A stretch of DNA of 64,000 bases from Candidatus Bathyarchaeota archaeon (GTDB lineage: Archaea > Thermoproteota > Bathyarchaeia > Bathyarchaeales > Bathycorpusculaceae): the NCBI GenBank assembly GCA_963715865.1, contig OY970280.1, forward strand, positions 1,376,001 through 1,440,000, written 5' to 3'. The notes beneath the pieces were generated by a model, which saw only the letters and a program-made list of their open reading frames with translations, ran no database searches and was not told where the DNA came from. Both the position numbers and the translations under genes were made by a program. This document shows, piece by piece, positions 29,801 through 38,631 of the stretch (positions are counted from its first letter, which is position 1; each line of letters opens with the position of its first letter).

Positions 29801-32502
29801 GCTGAATTAGGCAAGTTTGCGGGCATGAGCGATTCTAAGTCTTTGCCAAGCTGGTCCCACTTGTCAACTGATTCCTGCAGTTCTAAGCCTAAATTCTTAA
29901 TCATGGGCGAAGGACTCGAACTGTTAGTAATTAGTTTGAGCAGGTTTTCTGGGATTTGCGTTGCCCATGACAGCTTGTGGATTTCGGCTGTTAGTTCTAT
30001 GGCTTTTTCTGCACCTTGGAAGTCAGTTCTGTATTTGTGGTAGAAGTGACCAAGTAGGGTGCGAACTGTTTCAGCTTGCGCCTCAATTTCGGCATGCAAC
30101 TTTTTGACTTTTCGCGCATCAATCAGGTCGTTTAGTACGGTTTTTGGAACTTTGCCGTCGTCTGTTAATCTGGCGATTTGTTTTTGGTCGCTGTAATAAC
30201 TTGGCTTGAATATTTTTAGGAAGCTTTGGTATGGTCCGCTGTATCTTCTTATGAGTTCGTCAAGGTCTAGCGCGTAAATTCCGTCGCTGTAAGTTGCGTC
30301 TAATCTGCTTTTAAGTAAGTTGTGGTCTTGGTAGAGGTGCTTTGCTTTTGATACTATTTCTTGAACTTGCTCGAAATAAGCTGAATCAAACCATTGCGGC
30401 TCCGGCTTATTTTCAGCGAAGCATAACAGTGCCATTCTGGATAATTCTTTTATTTGCTTAATAGTCAAGCCATCGCTATCTAATCCCAGCAGTGGAGCGA
30501 GCGCTTGAGAATTCTCACGCCACTTCTTTGCGGCTAACTGCGTGTTTCTTATGAAGGCTAAGAGTTTTTCTCGTTTTTGCAAAAATTCGCCTTCTTCCAA
30601 CCCTACCGCTGGAAGCATCTTGCTAAGCGCTTCAAGTGCCTGTTTCATCTCTGCCGACCTATGGAGAACCAAGTTAAACAAGGATGGATTGTACCGTTCC
30701 ATCAGGCTGGCGCGTGTGTTCTGTATCCAGATGCTGGTGTCATGGTAGGTTTTGGCTTCGCTTACGAGTTTGTCAATGTCTAGGTTTGTTAGCCAGTATG
30801 CTTCTGGCTTTGGGCTTTCAAAGAGGAACTTGCTTACTTCAATTAGCCATTTTATCCGCGCAAACGTTTCAGGCGGGAAAACTCCAAGTTTAGCGGAGAA
30901 ATCTTCAGTTTCTAGCTGAAGTTCACTTAGCGTTGAGCCTATTTTTTCGAGAGTCGTTAACAATTCAGAGCGGATTTCAAGGTTGTAGGCATCAGCGCGG
31001 TATCCTAACCATGGGAAGTCTGGTTCTTCTATTACTTGCCAAACCTTGCTTAGTTGAGAAACATGGTCTTCAAGTTCATGCATTTTCTGAGGAGTCAGCG
31101 TTCCCAGTTCAGTTAAGCCTACAGGAACAAAAGGAACACGCTCAAGGCTTGAGATTAAGCTTAAAACTTCGTAGGCGCTTCTCTGCAAGTACGGGCGTTT
31201 CTCATGCAGTGCTGCAACATAACCGTTTAATGCTTCACGGTACTCAGTCATCTTCTCGAATTCATGAGCTGATGGCAATTTGCGGGGGACAAGGTTTTCG
31301 TCGAGGCTGCGTTTGAGTTCAGCTACGACTTGCTGTTTGTTGGCTTTGCTGCTGTGAAGTTCAAGGCAGAAATGCGCTAAACCAACTTCGCTTAATCGTT
31401 TGTAAACAACTTCAAGGGCGGCCATTTTGTCGCTGACAAAAAGTACGGATTTTCCGTTGGCGATGCATTCTGCGATCATGTTTGCGATGGTTTGGCTTTT
31501 TCCAGTGCCTGGCGGACCTTTCATGACGAAGCTTTGTCCACGCAGGGCGTATTCGATGGAGACTCGTTGGCTACTATCGGCATCGAGCACTTGATAGGTT
31601 TTTGCTGGAGCCTCAATTTTATCAACATCTTTCTCGTCTGGCAAGCCGTCTAAAATGAGTTTGTCTTCTTTGATGCCCGCGATTGCTCGAATTATTGGGT
31701 GCTGTGTAACTAAATCAGCGTTTGCTTCCAGGTCTTTGTAAATGACTAGTTTTTGGAATGAAAAAAGCCCCAGGTCAACAGATGGCTCCGCTTTCCAACC
31801 CATTTCAGCAAAAGCTTGATTAACCAATTTGAAGTAGTCTGCTAGGTTTTGGTTTTCCCATTCTTCAGGCAAAGGTGGCAGGTCAATTTTGTAGTCGTTT
31901 TTCAGTTTGACCTGTAATGCGGGGTTTAAGACTGCTTCTTCTTCAACTGGCGGCACCGCGATTGCATAGGGTTGGCGAATAGAATCCCTTGTTAACTCTA
32001 AAGGTACAAGAATTAGGGGAGACTGGACGCTTTCTTTTGTTTCCAAGTCTACCCAGTTTAAGGTGCCGAAAGCGGCATGAAAAATGCGAACGCCCCGTTC
32101 TCGGTAGTAAAGAAGCGAGCGCCATTGCAAGTTTTTGAGGCTTCTTTCAAGGTCTGCACGAGTTAAGCTTCCGCAGACCAGTTGATTTGCTGATGGGCGC
32201 TTTGGTTCTTCTGGCATAGAGGCTGTTGCGTTGGCTTTGACTGTTTTAGCTTTAGTTTTGCCTTTTGCCTTCTCTGGCTTTTCAGGCGTCTTGGTTTCTT
32301 CTGGAGGCAACCAGAATTCTAAACGACGCTTTTTCAATACTAGCGCATTGAAGACTGCTTGCGGGTCAGGCTGCGAAACGGGAAGGTTTCCTCGCCTTGT
32401 TTTATGGAAATACAGGAGGTTGTTTCTTTTTGACAGGTCGATTAATCGAGACTTCCAATCTTCAACTCGTTTCATAGGTTGAGAGGTAACAGTTTGCGTC
32501 AT
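26854..32502 (-). CDS. DUF4011 + SF1 (UPF1-like) helicase + Vsr-like nuclease + DUF3320 protein (Hhe-like candidate anti-viral protein)
   Basis: WKSRLIDLSKRNNLL, GPPGTGKSQT, DEASQ, GDNKQLPP, WHYRS, VENVQGDERD-like motif, RRLNVAVTRA, RIDIG...GVECDG...RDRDR...LGW and a C-terminal winged-helix-like region. Confidence 0.88.
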   Translation of the reverse strand: MTQTVTSQPMKRVEDWKSRLIDLSKRNNLLYFHKTRRGNLPVSQPDPQAVFNALVLKKRRLEFWLPPEETKTPEKPEKAKGKTKAKTVKANATASMPEEPKRPSANQLVCGSLTRADLERSLKNLQWRSLLYYRERGVRIFHAAFGTLNWVDLETKESVQSPLILVPLELTRDSIRQPYAIAVPPVEEEAVLNPALQVKLKNDYKIDLPPLPEEWENQNLADYFKLVNQAFAEMGWKAEPSVDLGLFSFQKLVIYKDLEANADLVTQHPIIRAIAGIKEDKLILDGLPDEKDVDKIEAPAKTYQVLDADSSQRVSIEYALRGQSFVMKGPPGTGKSQTIANMIAECIANGKSVLFVSDKMAALEVVYKRLSEVGLAHFCLELHSSKANKQQVVAELKRSLDENLVPRKLPSAHEFEKMTEYREALNGYVAALHEKRPYLQRSAYEVLSLISSLERVPFVPVGLTELGTLTPQKMHELEDHVSQLSKVWQVIEEPDFPWLGYRADAYNLEIRSELLTTLEKIGSTLSELQLETEDFSAKLGVFPPETFARIKWLIEVSKFLFESPKPEAYWLTNLDIDKLVSEAKTYHDTSIWIQNTRASLMERYNPSLFNLVLHRSAEMKQALEALSKMLPAVGLEEGEFLQKREKLLAFIRNTQLAAKKWRENSQALAPLLGLDSDGLTIKQIKELSRMALLCFAENKPEPQWFDSAYFEQVQEIVSKAKHLYQDHNLLKSRLDATYSDGIYALDLDELIRRYSGPYQSFLKIFKPSYYSDQKQIARLTDDGKVPKTVLNDLIDARKVKKLHAEIEAQAETVRTLLGHFYHKYRTDFQGAEKAIELTAEIHKLSWATQIPENLLKLITNSSSPSPMIKNLGLELQESVDKWDQLGKDLESLMPANLPNSAASITQTPLPLLEEWTNETEKQLNPLCTLTKDTLTTCKQEPQNYKQLLVDLKNAEDIRKKEAAIIGEKAQLQAKFGARFNELETNWQDILTVLEWTKKVQAAFADIPVPQAFAQIAAQGPTAAPSSTELNQKYDASLKALADFEARFETEMKYQNQKLKDLEIKVIGERIKALRDRVDDLQVWIDFKDIKNRFALRGLDQFFSRLAEQRIPAADLVDVFRRGVYQEWINNLYNEDPKLGRFRRENHEQLIADFKKLDQDLIRLTSSMVIEAANSRKPQDILVQAADSEANILLKEAAKKRRLMPIRTLLQKIPNLLVKLKPCLLMSPLTVSQFLPPESNKFDLVLFDEASQIVPEDAIGAIYRGKTLVVAGDNKQLPPTSFFQKNLIDDVDWDELSDEDVEVFDSILDECLGIGLPVKTLRWHYRSKHEELIAFSNHRFYDDTLITFPAAKAQHDTLGVKLIHVPDGIYDRGGKRDNLKEAEKVADLVFEHFRLYPKKTLGVVTFSIAQMEAVEEAIDRRLKEQPDFEPFFKEDRLEGFFVKNLENVQGDERDVIFFSVGYGYDQQGQMTMNFGPLNKPGGERRLNVAVTRAREKVLLITSIKSSDIDPDTKAVGVQTLRYYLDYAERGPETLESAMPKEGEFESALDEDVAAEIKKMGYEVVPQVGCSGYRIDIGIVDPVNPGSFLLGVECDGATYKSSNSARDRDRLREQVLRQLGWRIYRIWSPAWVARRDSEIRRLKEALEQAHKLQLEKDAQKPIVDVKESLVPKTDVQKIQFAGIEKIGVPYKIHPLKATFNPYIKVATANSTYDSRQKNEFHFPENREIQTKLLVELVEKEGPVHYDYAVERLASAWGIKQVTPQITHAVKEALSNLLREQKVVIKGSFLWPPELKETPIRVPVQGIPESKRKPEYIPPEEVESAMKLVAQYALGISEDSLIAETAKVFGINHSGEGAKEIFSEILKRLVRERQLVCKDDVVTAA

Positions 32503-32610
32503 TAAACCACATCCACACCCAATAGTTTAGCATTATTGTGCGGATGTTTCTTTAATATTTACGGTTGTACCGCGGCAATTCAAGCAATGGATTGGCTTAG
32601 TTAAAAGCAC

Positions 32611-33228
32611 TCAAGAGCTGGTTGCTTTTTCAATTGCTCCCAAAAGTACTCGCTTTACGTTTTCTAGCCCTATTTTTCTTGTTTCAAGAACTCTAAGGCC
32701 AATCCCTGACTTTTCCAACTCATCTTTGCATTTATCGGCGTTGCCGCAAGTGTCTAAAAGAACGATACCTTTGATTCCGCTGAAAAGATTCGCAAAAGCT
32801 GCCTCATCAACGCCTTCTTTTAGCATTTTTTCCTTCATGCGCTTGAAAAATCTTATCATTCCAGGACCCATAAACATCAAGTTATGCTCAGGGTCAGCCT
32901 CTAAGAATTTTCCTTTGCCGCCGAGTTGGCAGTCAATACAGTTTACAGCGTCAACTTTGACTACGCCATATTCTTCGGCCAGTTTTTTCATCTCACCGTT
33001 TTGACCGAGGCAGAGGTCGCCGTAAACTAGCACTACTTTGCCATGGAAACGCTTTAGGGTTTGTTCTAGAACTTTACGCAGGTTTTTCTCTAGCACTTCG
33101 TAGTCAACATGGAAGTATTTGCTGACAAAAACTAACTCTGCATCAAGGCTTCCCTGTTTGATTAATTGTTCGATTTCCTCTTTTAGAACACTGCAAGAAA
33201 CAAGACAAACCTTAACTTTTTCGCCCAC
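32611..33228 (-). CDS. DUF1638 family protein
   Basis: N-terminal SCSVLKEEI, YGDLC and NCIDCQLGG. Confidence 0.7.
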   Translation of the reverse strand: MGEKVKVCLVSCSVLKEEIEQLIKQGSLDAELVFVSKYFHVDYEVLEKNLRKVLEQTLKRFHGKVVLVYGDLCLGQNGEMKKLAEEYGVVKVDAVNCIDCQLGGKGKFLEADPEHNLMFMGPGMIRFFKRMKEKMLKEGVDEAAFANLFSGIKGIVLLDTCGNADKCKDELEKSGIGLRVLETRKIGLENVKRVLLGAIEKATSS

Positions 33229-33463
33229 TGCCCAGTCAACTTCTATGGTTTAAAGCAAAGCTAGTTCTCCATTGACCAAAAAAACTTTTCTCCGCGCCTT
33301 ACATTCCCTTTTTTTCTTTTGTTTAATAAACGCTTCCTCTTAAGCCTTTTTTGATTAATGAAGCCAAATTTTGATTTGGGATAGATTTGGGAGTAAATTT
33401 GAAAAACCTTATTACCTTAAAGGGTCCCTTCATACTTTTATTATGTTTGGACGGAAGGGTAAT

Positions 33464-34381
33464 TTGAAAAAGACGATAGTTGTTGTAATTCTTGCAGCCT
33501 TAACTTTAGCTGCGTTTAGTATGTTGTCGGGTCCGAGTGTGAGAGCGGCCGCTTCGGAAGCTCAGGTTCTAAGTTACAGTTGGTACGTTGCTCCTTCAAG
33601 CACTGTTATAGCAGCAGAAGTTGGCGATTTGATTGCGGTCGGTGAGGTACAGAATATAGGTTCAAACGTCATAGGTAACGTGACTATTGAAGGTACGGCT
33701 CTTAGTTCTACCGGACAGACTTTGGCTACCACTAGTAGCCCAGCATTTGTGTATCATATGCTTCCTGGGCAGAAGGCTCCTTTCTACTTGGATTTTACTG
33801 CTCAGAGTAGCACTAGCCAAGACCTAAGCTGGGTCTCTTCAGTTAGTACTGTTACCGTTTCAGTTAGTTCCGTTGAGGATACTAATGCGACTCAGTATTC
33901 AGGTTTGACGATTCCAAATCCTGGAGGTAACACTTCTTACATTGACAGCAATGGCACCTACACTGTTTATGGAACATTTGTGAACACCGGCAACCAAGCG
34001 GCTGTAGATCCTTGGGTTGTAGCAACATTTTATAACGCTTCCGGGAAGGTTATAGGTTTGAATTACACCGAGTACTTAACTGACTCACTTGCGCCTGGTG
34101 ACCCGGCAAGGTTTTTTGCAACACCCACGGATAACACAGCTCAATTATCAAGTGAAATAGCAAGTTACACATTACAAATTGACTCATTGACCATGACGAA
34201 TTCTACATCACCTACTTCTTCTCCGACCGCCTCACCTTCAACATCAACGGCACAATTGCCAACATTGCCCATAGTGGTCGTAGTAGTGGTCGTTGTAGTT
34301 GTCATCGCCGCTTTAATGTTACTAAGAAAGCGCCAAAAACTACCTCCACCGCCACCTCCGCCACCTCCTCCACCCGAATAA
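33464..34381 (+). CDS. Secreted, membrane-anchored protein with two FxLYD-like Ig domains and a poly-Pro cytoplasmic tail
   Basis: Signal peptide, repeated GEV.N.G / GTFVNTG...ATFYNASG units, S/T linker, poly-Val TM and RKRQKLPPPPPPPPPPPE. Confidence 0.75.
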   Translation: MKKTIVVVILAALTLAAFSMLSGPSVRAAASEAQVLSYSWYVAPSSTVIAAEVGDLIAVGEVQNIGSNVIGNVTIEGTALSSTGQTLATTSSPAFVYHMLPGQKAPFYLDFTAQSSTSQDLSWVSSVSTVTVSVSSVEDTNATQYSGLTIPNPGGNTSYIDSNGTYTVYGTFVNTGNQAAVDPWVVATFYNASGKVIGLNYTEYLTDSLAPGDPARFFATPTDNTAQLSSEIASYTLQIDSLTMTNSTSPTSSPTASPSTSTAQLPTLPIVVVVVVVVVVIAALMLLRKRQKLPPPPPPPPPPPE

Positions 34382-34654
34382 TAAGAAGAATACAAGTCTT
34401 CAGACTATTCAATGCGGGCGAAAACCGAAGAAGGGTCTCTGAGATTATCGAAGGTGTAAAGTCTCTTATTCTTTGGCAGAAATGGATGGTCAGTAATTTC
34501 AGGTTCTATTTCGCGTAAACGTCACTGACTCGTCTAATTTCTGTTGGGCTGGAAAAAGTGTCGCCTTGCTAAAAAGTTCTTGCAACGAAATACAGATATG
34601 CTGAAGCACCAAAAGATACAGGAAGAGAAAATGAAAAAAGAGCCTAGATATTGC

Positions 34655-35062
34655 TTAAAGTGCCGAGGGTTTAAAGCAGTATCTTGTCCACTGCGGCCAC
34701 TGCTGCGTTGTACTGCACGAGCCGAAGTCTAATGTTAACTCCATGCCTATCTTTAGTTGCTCTTGCGTTAAGCCTTGGATCATTCCGGGGATTTTCAAGC
34801 CGTTTTCCAGTTGCACGATGCCCACGGCGTAGGGTGTTAATGCTTGGAATTGTTGTGGTGCAACGCTGATGACTGTGTAAGTGAGCAGTTTGCCCCTTCC
34901 AGAAACACTGACCCATTCGAACTCTTGTGAGAAGCAGTTGTCGCATAAGGGTCTTGGTGGCAAATGGATTTTTCCGCATTTGAGGCATTTTCCAGCCATA
35001 AGTTTCTCTTGGCGTAGAAACTTGTAGAACTGCTCAATTGTGAATGGTTCTTGTGTGCTCAT
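34655..35062 (-). CDS. DUF35 Zn-ribbon/OB-fold protein (thiolase partner)
   Basis: CLKCGKIHLPPRPLCDNC, GRGKLLTYT and PYAVGIVQL. Confidence 0.92.
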   Translation of the reverse strand: MSTQEPFTIEQFYKFLRQEKLMAGKCLKCGKIHLPPRPLCDNCFSQEFEWVSVSGRGKLLTYTVISVAPQQFQALTPYAVGIVQLENGLKIPGMIQGLTQEQLKIGMELTLDFGSCSTTQQWPQWTRYCFKPSAL

Positions 35063-35064
35063 TT

Positions 35065-36237
35065 TTAAGCGCTCCTGTAAATGTGAACTGCCGCTGTAGC
35101 TCCTGACCCGCCAACATTATGTGTTAAGCCTAATTTTGCGTCTTTTACTTGGCGTTTTCCTGCTTGCCCTGTGAGTTGCAGGTATATTTCGTAGGCTTGC
35201 GCTGTGCCTGTAGCGCCGACAGGGTGACCTTTGGCTTTTAAGCCGCCGCTCATGTTAACTGGAATTCGTCCGCCGAGGCGGGTTTCGCCGCTTTCAATTA
35301 GCTTTCCGCCTTCGCCTACAGGGCAGAAGCCTAAGTCTTCATAAGCCATTAGCTCGGCAAATGTGAAGCAATCGTGGACTTCAGCTAAGTCTAGGTCTTC
35401 TGGTTTGGCGTTTGCCATTTCGTAGGCTGTTTTCGTCGCTAACCGCGTTGCTGAGAGTGATGTGAGGCTTTTGCGTTCATACAAGCCAATGGTGTCACTT
35501 GCTTGTCCACTGCCAACTATGTGCACTGGCATATCGGTGTATTTGCTGGCTAATTCTGGCTTGGTTAGGATTATGCAGCTTGCGCCGTCAGTTATCAATG
35601 AGCAATCGTAGAGTTTCAGCGGCCAAGCGACGTAGCGTGAAGCCATGGCGGCTTCGAGGGTGATTTCTTTTTGCATGTGAGCTTTAGGGTTGAGGCTTCC
35701 ATGATAATGGTTCTTGACGGCTGCTAAAGCCATCTGCTCCTGCGTTGTGCCATAAGCGTGCATGTGGGCGGTCGCCATCATTGCGAATAACGCTGGGAAG
35801 GTGATGCCGTGCCACTGTTCAAACGGGTAATCCGACGCCATAGCCAAGTACTCAGTAACCTCAGCCGTTGTGCGATGCGTCATTTTCTCAACGCCGCCAA
35901 CCAAAACCACGTCCGCAAGACCAGACATTGTAGCGTAAATTCCCGCTCGCAACGCTGCGCCTGAAGAAGCACAAGCCGCCTCAGTCCGCGTTGCTGGAAT
36001 ACCAGTGAGTCCTGCCCAATCCGCAACGGCTGCTCCCATGTGACCTTGGTGCTCGTAGGCTTCACCCATGTGCCCGATGAACATGGCTTTAATGTCGTTT
36101 TTCGGGTCTAGTTTGGGGCAGCGGCTGAACGCTTCTTTAGCCGCTTCGGAAAAGATTTCTCTTGCAAGTAAACCATCATGCTTGCCGAACTTGGACATGC
36201 CAGCGCTGACTATGCTGACGAGCGGTTTCCCATACAA
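35065..36237 (-). CDS. Archaeal thiolase (acetyl-CoA C-acyltransferase family)
   Basis: EAACASS, DGAS, EVHDCF, NMSGGLKAKGHPVGATG and HNVGG. Confidence 0.93.
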   Translation of the reverse strand: MYGKPLVSIVSAGMSKFGKHDGLLAREIFSEAAKEAFSRCPKLDPKNDIKAMFIGHMGEAYEHQGHMGAAVADWAGLTGIPATRTEAACASSGAALRAGIYATMSGLADVVLVGGVEKMTHRTTAEVTEYLAMASDYPFEQWHGITFPALFAMMATAHMHAYGTTQEQMALAAVKNHYHGSLNPKAHMQKEITLEAAMASRYVAWPLKLYDCSLITDGASCIILTKPELASKYTDMPVHIVGSGQASDTIGLYERKSLTSLSATRLATKTAYEMANAKPEDLDLAEVHDCFTFAELMAYEDLGFCPVGEGGKLIESGETRLGGRIPVNMSGGLKAKGHPVGATGTAQAYEIYLQLTGQAGKRQVKDAKLGLTHNVGGSGATAAVHIYRSA

Positions 36238-36367
36238 ACGCGAAGCTCCCTCTTTAATGCCTATACATTGATGCTAACCCAGAATAAAAACATGCAACCA
36301 GAGTCGCTAGAGCAGGGATATGTTAACGTTATCTTTAAATGAAACGATTGTAGTATTATTACTACAT

Positions 36368-36976
36368 ATGTTGTATAAATACCACATTAATCAGACAACA
36401 CTCAAAATTTTAAGTCTTTTCAGAAGCAACTACAAAACCTCCCTTTATTTAAGGGAAATAGCGCGAGAGATACAAGTTGATGTAAAAGCTGTCAGTCTCC
36501 AACTAAATAGATTGGAAAAAACGAATATCCTAACAAGCATTCAGAAAGGAAAAAACAAGGAATACAGCCTAAACCTCGGCAATTACCTAACTTTATACTA
36601 CATAGTGCTCGCTGAAGATTTCGCGACCATAGAATATCTTGACAGAAATTTTGAAGTAAAGAAACTTGTAAGTGAAACAGCCGACAAGCTAGGAAAAATA
36701 GCTATGCTCTTCGGAAGTTTCGCTAAGGGAAACATGACGCAAGAAAGCGACATAGACATCTTAATCATAGATGATAAAAAACCCGACTTAAGCGTCTTTA
36801 AGGAAGTGGGCAGTCTTCTCAGCCGAGAGATAAGCATCAAATGCATGTCAGAAGAACAATTCTCAAACGGCTTGGCAAACAAGGACCCTCTTACACTCGA
36901 AGTTGCCGTCAATCACATTATTCTTAAAGGATTAGACAACCTATGTAACATGCTGTGGAAATACTATGCAAAATGA
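36368..36976 (+). CDS. wHTH + minimal nucleotidyltransferase (MNT) antitoxin-like protein
   Basis: LYLREIAREI HTH followed by LFGSFAKG...SDIDILII. Confidence 0.88.
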   Translation: MLYKYHINQTTLKILSLFRSNYKTSLYLREIAREIQVDVKAVSLQLNRLEKTNILTSIQKGKNKEYSLNLGNYLTLYYIVLAEDFATIEYLDRNFEVKKLVSETADKLGKIAMLFGSFAKGNMTQESDIDILIIDDKKPDLSVFKEVGSLLSREISIKCMSEEQFSNGLANKDPLTLEVAVNHIILKGLDNLCNMLWKYYAK

Positions 36977-37457
36977 CGAAAGACACTTGCGGTGGTGCCT
37001 AAAACAGAGCAAAGGAATACGGGTGGACAAGCCTTCAGAGAACTTGGTCAAAGCTTACCTGCAAAAATCCAGAAATGCCTCAAAATCCATGGAGGTTAAT
37101 GCACAGGCGAGTCTTATTGAATGGGCTGTATCTGCCAGTTATTACGCTAAGTACTTTGCGGTTTATTCGTTGCTCTCTAAAATTGGGATTAAATGTGAAA
37201 TACACGACTGCACTATAGCTGTGTTTGAGTACCTCTTTAGCGATAGTATACCTAAAGAAATCCTCAAAGACTTGAGGGATTCCAAAGAAAACCGAGTTGA
37301 AGCCCAATATTACACACAAGAAATAAGCGTAAACTTAGAACAAGTGATTAAGAAAACCAAGCAGTTCGCGCTTGAAATAGAAAAGGTGATTGACGGTTTG
37401 AATGCTGAGAAAATTTCAAAATTGCAAATTAAATTGAAGACCTTAGCTTCTATGTGA
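36966..37457 (+). CDS. HEPN domain protein (MNT-HEPN pair)
   Basis: SYYAKYFAVYSLL, H and RVEAQY; overlaps the MNT stop. Confidence 0.85.
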   Translation: MQNDERHLRWCLKQSKGIRVDKPSENLVKAYLQKSRNASKSMEVNAQASLIEWAVSASYYAKYFAVYSLLSKIGIKCEIHDCTIAVFEYLFSDSIPKEILKDLRDSKENRVEAQYYTQEISVNLEQVIKKTKQFALEIEKVIDGLNAEKISKLQIKLKTLASM

Positions 37458-37592
37458 AAAACCGAAAAGCGAACGTTTAGGCCTTTTACAATAAGGCAAC
37501 TTGCCTTTCGCAGCGTGATATTGAGTGCATTCGTCGCATTTGCCTCGCCTTACACATTTCTTCTTTGGGCAAGGACAATCTTCTCGAAGCAT
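37443..37592 (-). CDS. Small Cys-rich protein (49 aa, DUF6485-like pattern)
   Basis: Manual translation MLREDCPCPKKKCVRRGKCDECTQYHAAKGKLPYCKRPKRSLFGFSHRS; below the ORF-track length cutoff. Confidence 0.7.
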   Translation of the reverse strand: MLREDCPCPKKKCVRRGKCDECTQYHAAKGKLPYCKRPKRSLFGFSHRS

Positions 37593-37636
37593 AATGCTGA
37601 GTTAGTAGCGATTCCTTATAGTTTTTTAGGCAACCG

Positions 37637-38605
37637 TTAGAGTCCTGCAACGTAGATTCTTAAAGCTAAAACTGGCAGAACCACCACTAAGCCGAACAGG
37701 ACAGCAGTTAACGCCATTACCCGCAAAGCCTTCGTAATATGTTCTGGCGAAATGCCGTGGTCGTCGCCTAAAACGTAGTAGCCCTGTTTTTCCAGTTGGG
37801 TGTTTAATGCTCCAGCCATGGCTGATATTGTCCAGCCGGCGTTTATGCTGGCGGTTTTTCCCTTGTCTCTTTGCAGGATGCGCCATGATTCATGCCAGTT
37901 TTCCCCTAAAAGGAATGATGCGGCAACCATTAGGTACGCTGTTAGTCTTGCGGGGATGTAGTTGGCTATGGTGTCGAGTTTTGCGCTGAACCAGCCGATA
38001 TTCTTGTTTTCAACGTTCTTGTAGCCAACCATGGAATCCAACGTGTTAACCACGCGATAAGCAAACGCGCCTGGAACACCGAGCAGGGCAAAGAAGAAGA
38101 ATGGTCCGGTTATTCCGTCCGTGGTGCTTTCTGCGATGGATTCCACTGCAGCAGAAATAATCTGCCTCTCATTAAGCGTGTTCGGGTCTCGCCTAACAAT
38201 GAAGGGCAGCCATTTTCGCGCTTCAGCTAAATCGTTTTTCTTCAATGCCGAAGCAATCGGCTTAGTGTATTGGCCCATGCCTTTTACTGCAAAAGTAGCC
38301 TTAAACAAAACCGCACCCACAACAATATACGGTATCGAACCGAAAGATTGCTTAAGCCAAAAAAGCAACAAAAACACAGGAACCGAAACAAGCAACATAA
38401 CACTTACGGCTAACAAGATGCCGTTTGCTTTTTCAATTTTAGGGTTTGCATTTTTCAATTTAGGTTTAAAGTACGCAATTACTTTGCCTATGCCAATTGT
38501 TGGGTGAATCCTGTCAGGGTACTCTCCGAAAACGGCATCAATCACGAAAGCTAACAGAAAAATCAGCGCAGAATCAACAAACAAGGAAAAATCAAATGAA
38601 AACAT
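37637..38605 (-). CDS. cbiB: Adenosylcobinamide-phosphate synthase CbiB
   Basis: GEYPDRIHP, VRRD, ESIAESTTDG, YRVVNTLDSMVGY, NYIPARL and NAGW..SAMAGAL. Confidence 0.95.
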   Translation of the reverse strand: MFSFDFSLFVDSALIFLLAFVIDAVFGEYPDRIHPTIGIGKVIAYFKPKLKNANPKIEKANGILLAVSVMLLVSVPVFLLLFWLKQSFGSIPYIVVGAVLFKATFAVKGMGQYTKPIASALKKNDLAEARKWLPFIVRRDPNTLNERQIISAAVESIAESTTDGITGPFFFFALLGVPGAFAYRVVNTLDSMVGYKNVENKNIGWFSAKLDTIANYIPARLTAYLMVAASFLLGENWHESWRILQRDKGKTASINAGWTISAMAGALNTQLEKQGYYVLGDDHGISPEHITKALRVMALTAVLFGLVVVLPVLALRIYVAGL

Positions 38606-38631
38606 GGTTCATTAATCAAACCTTGTCATTG

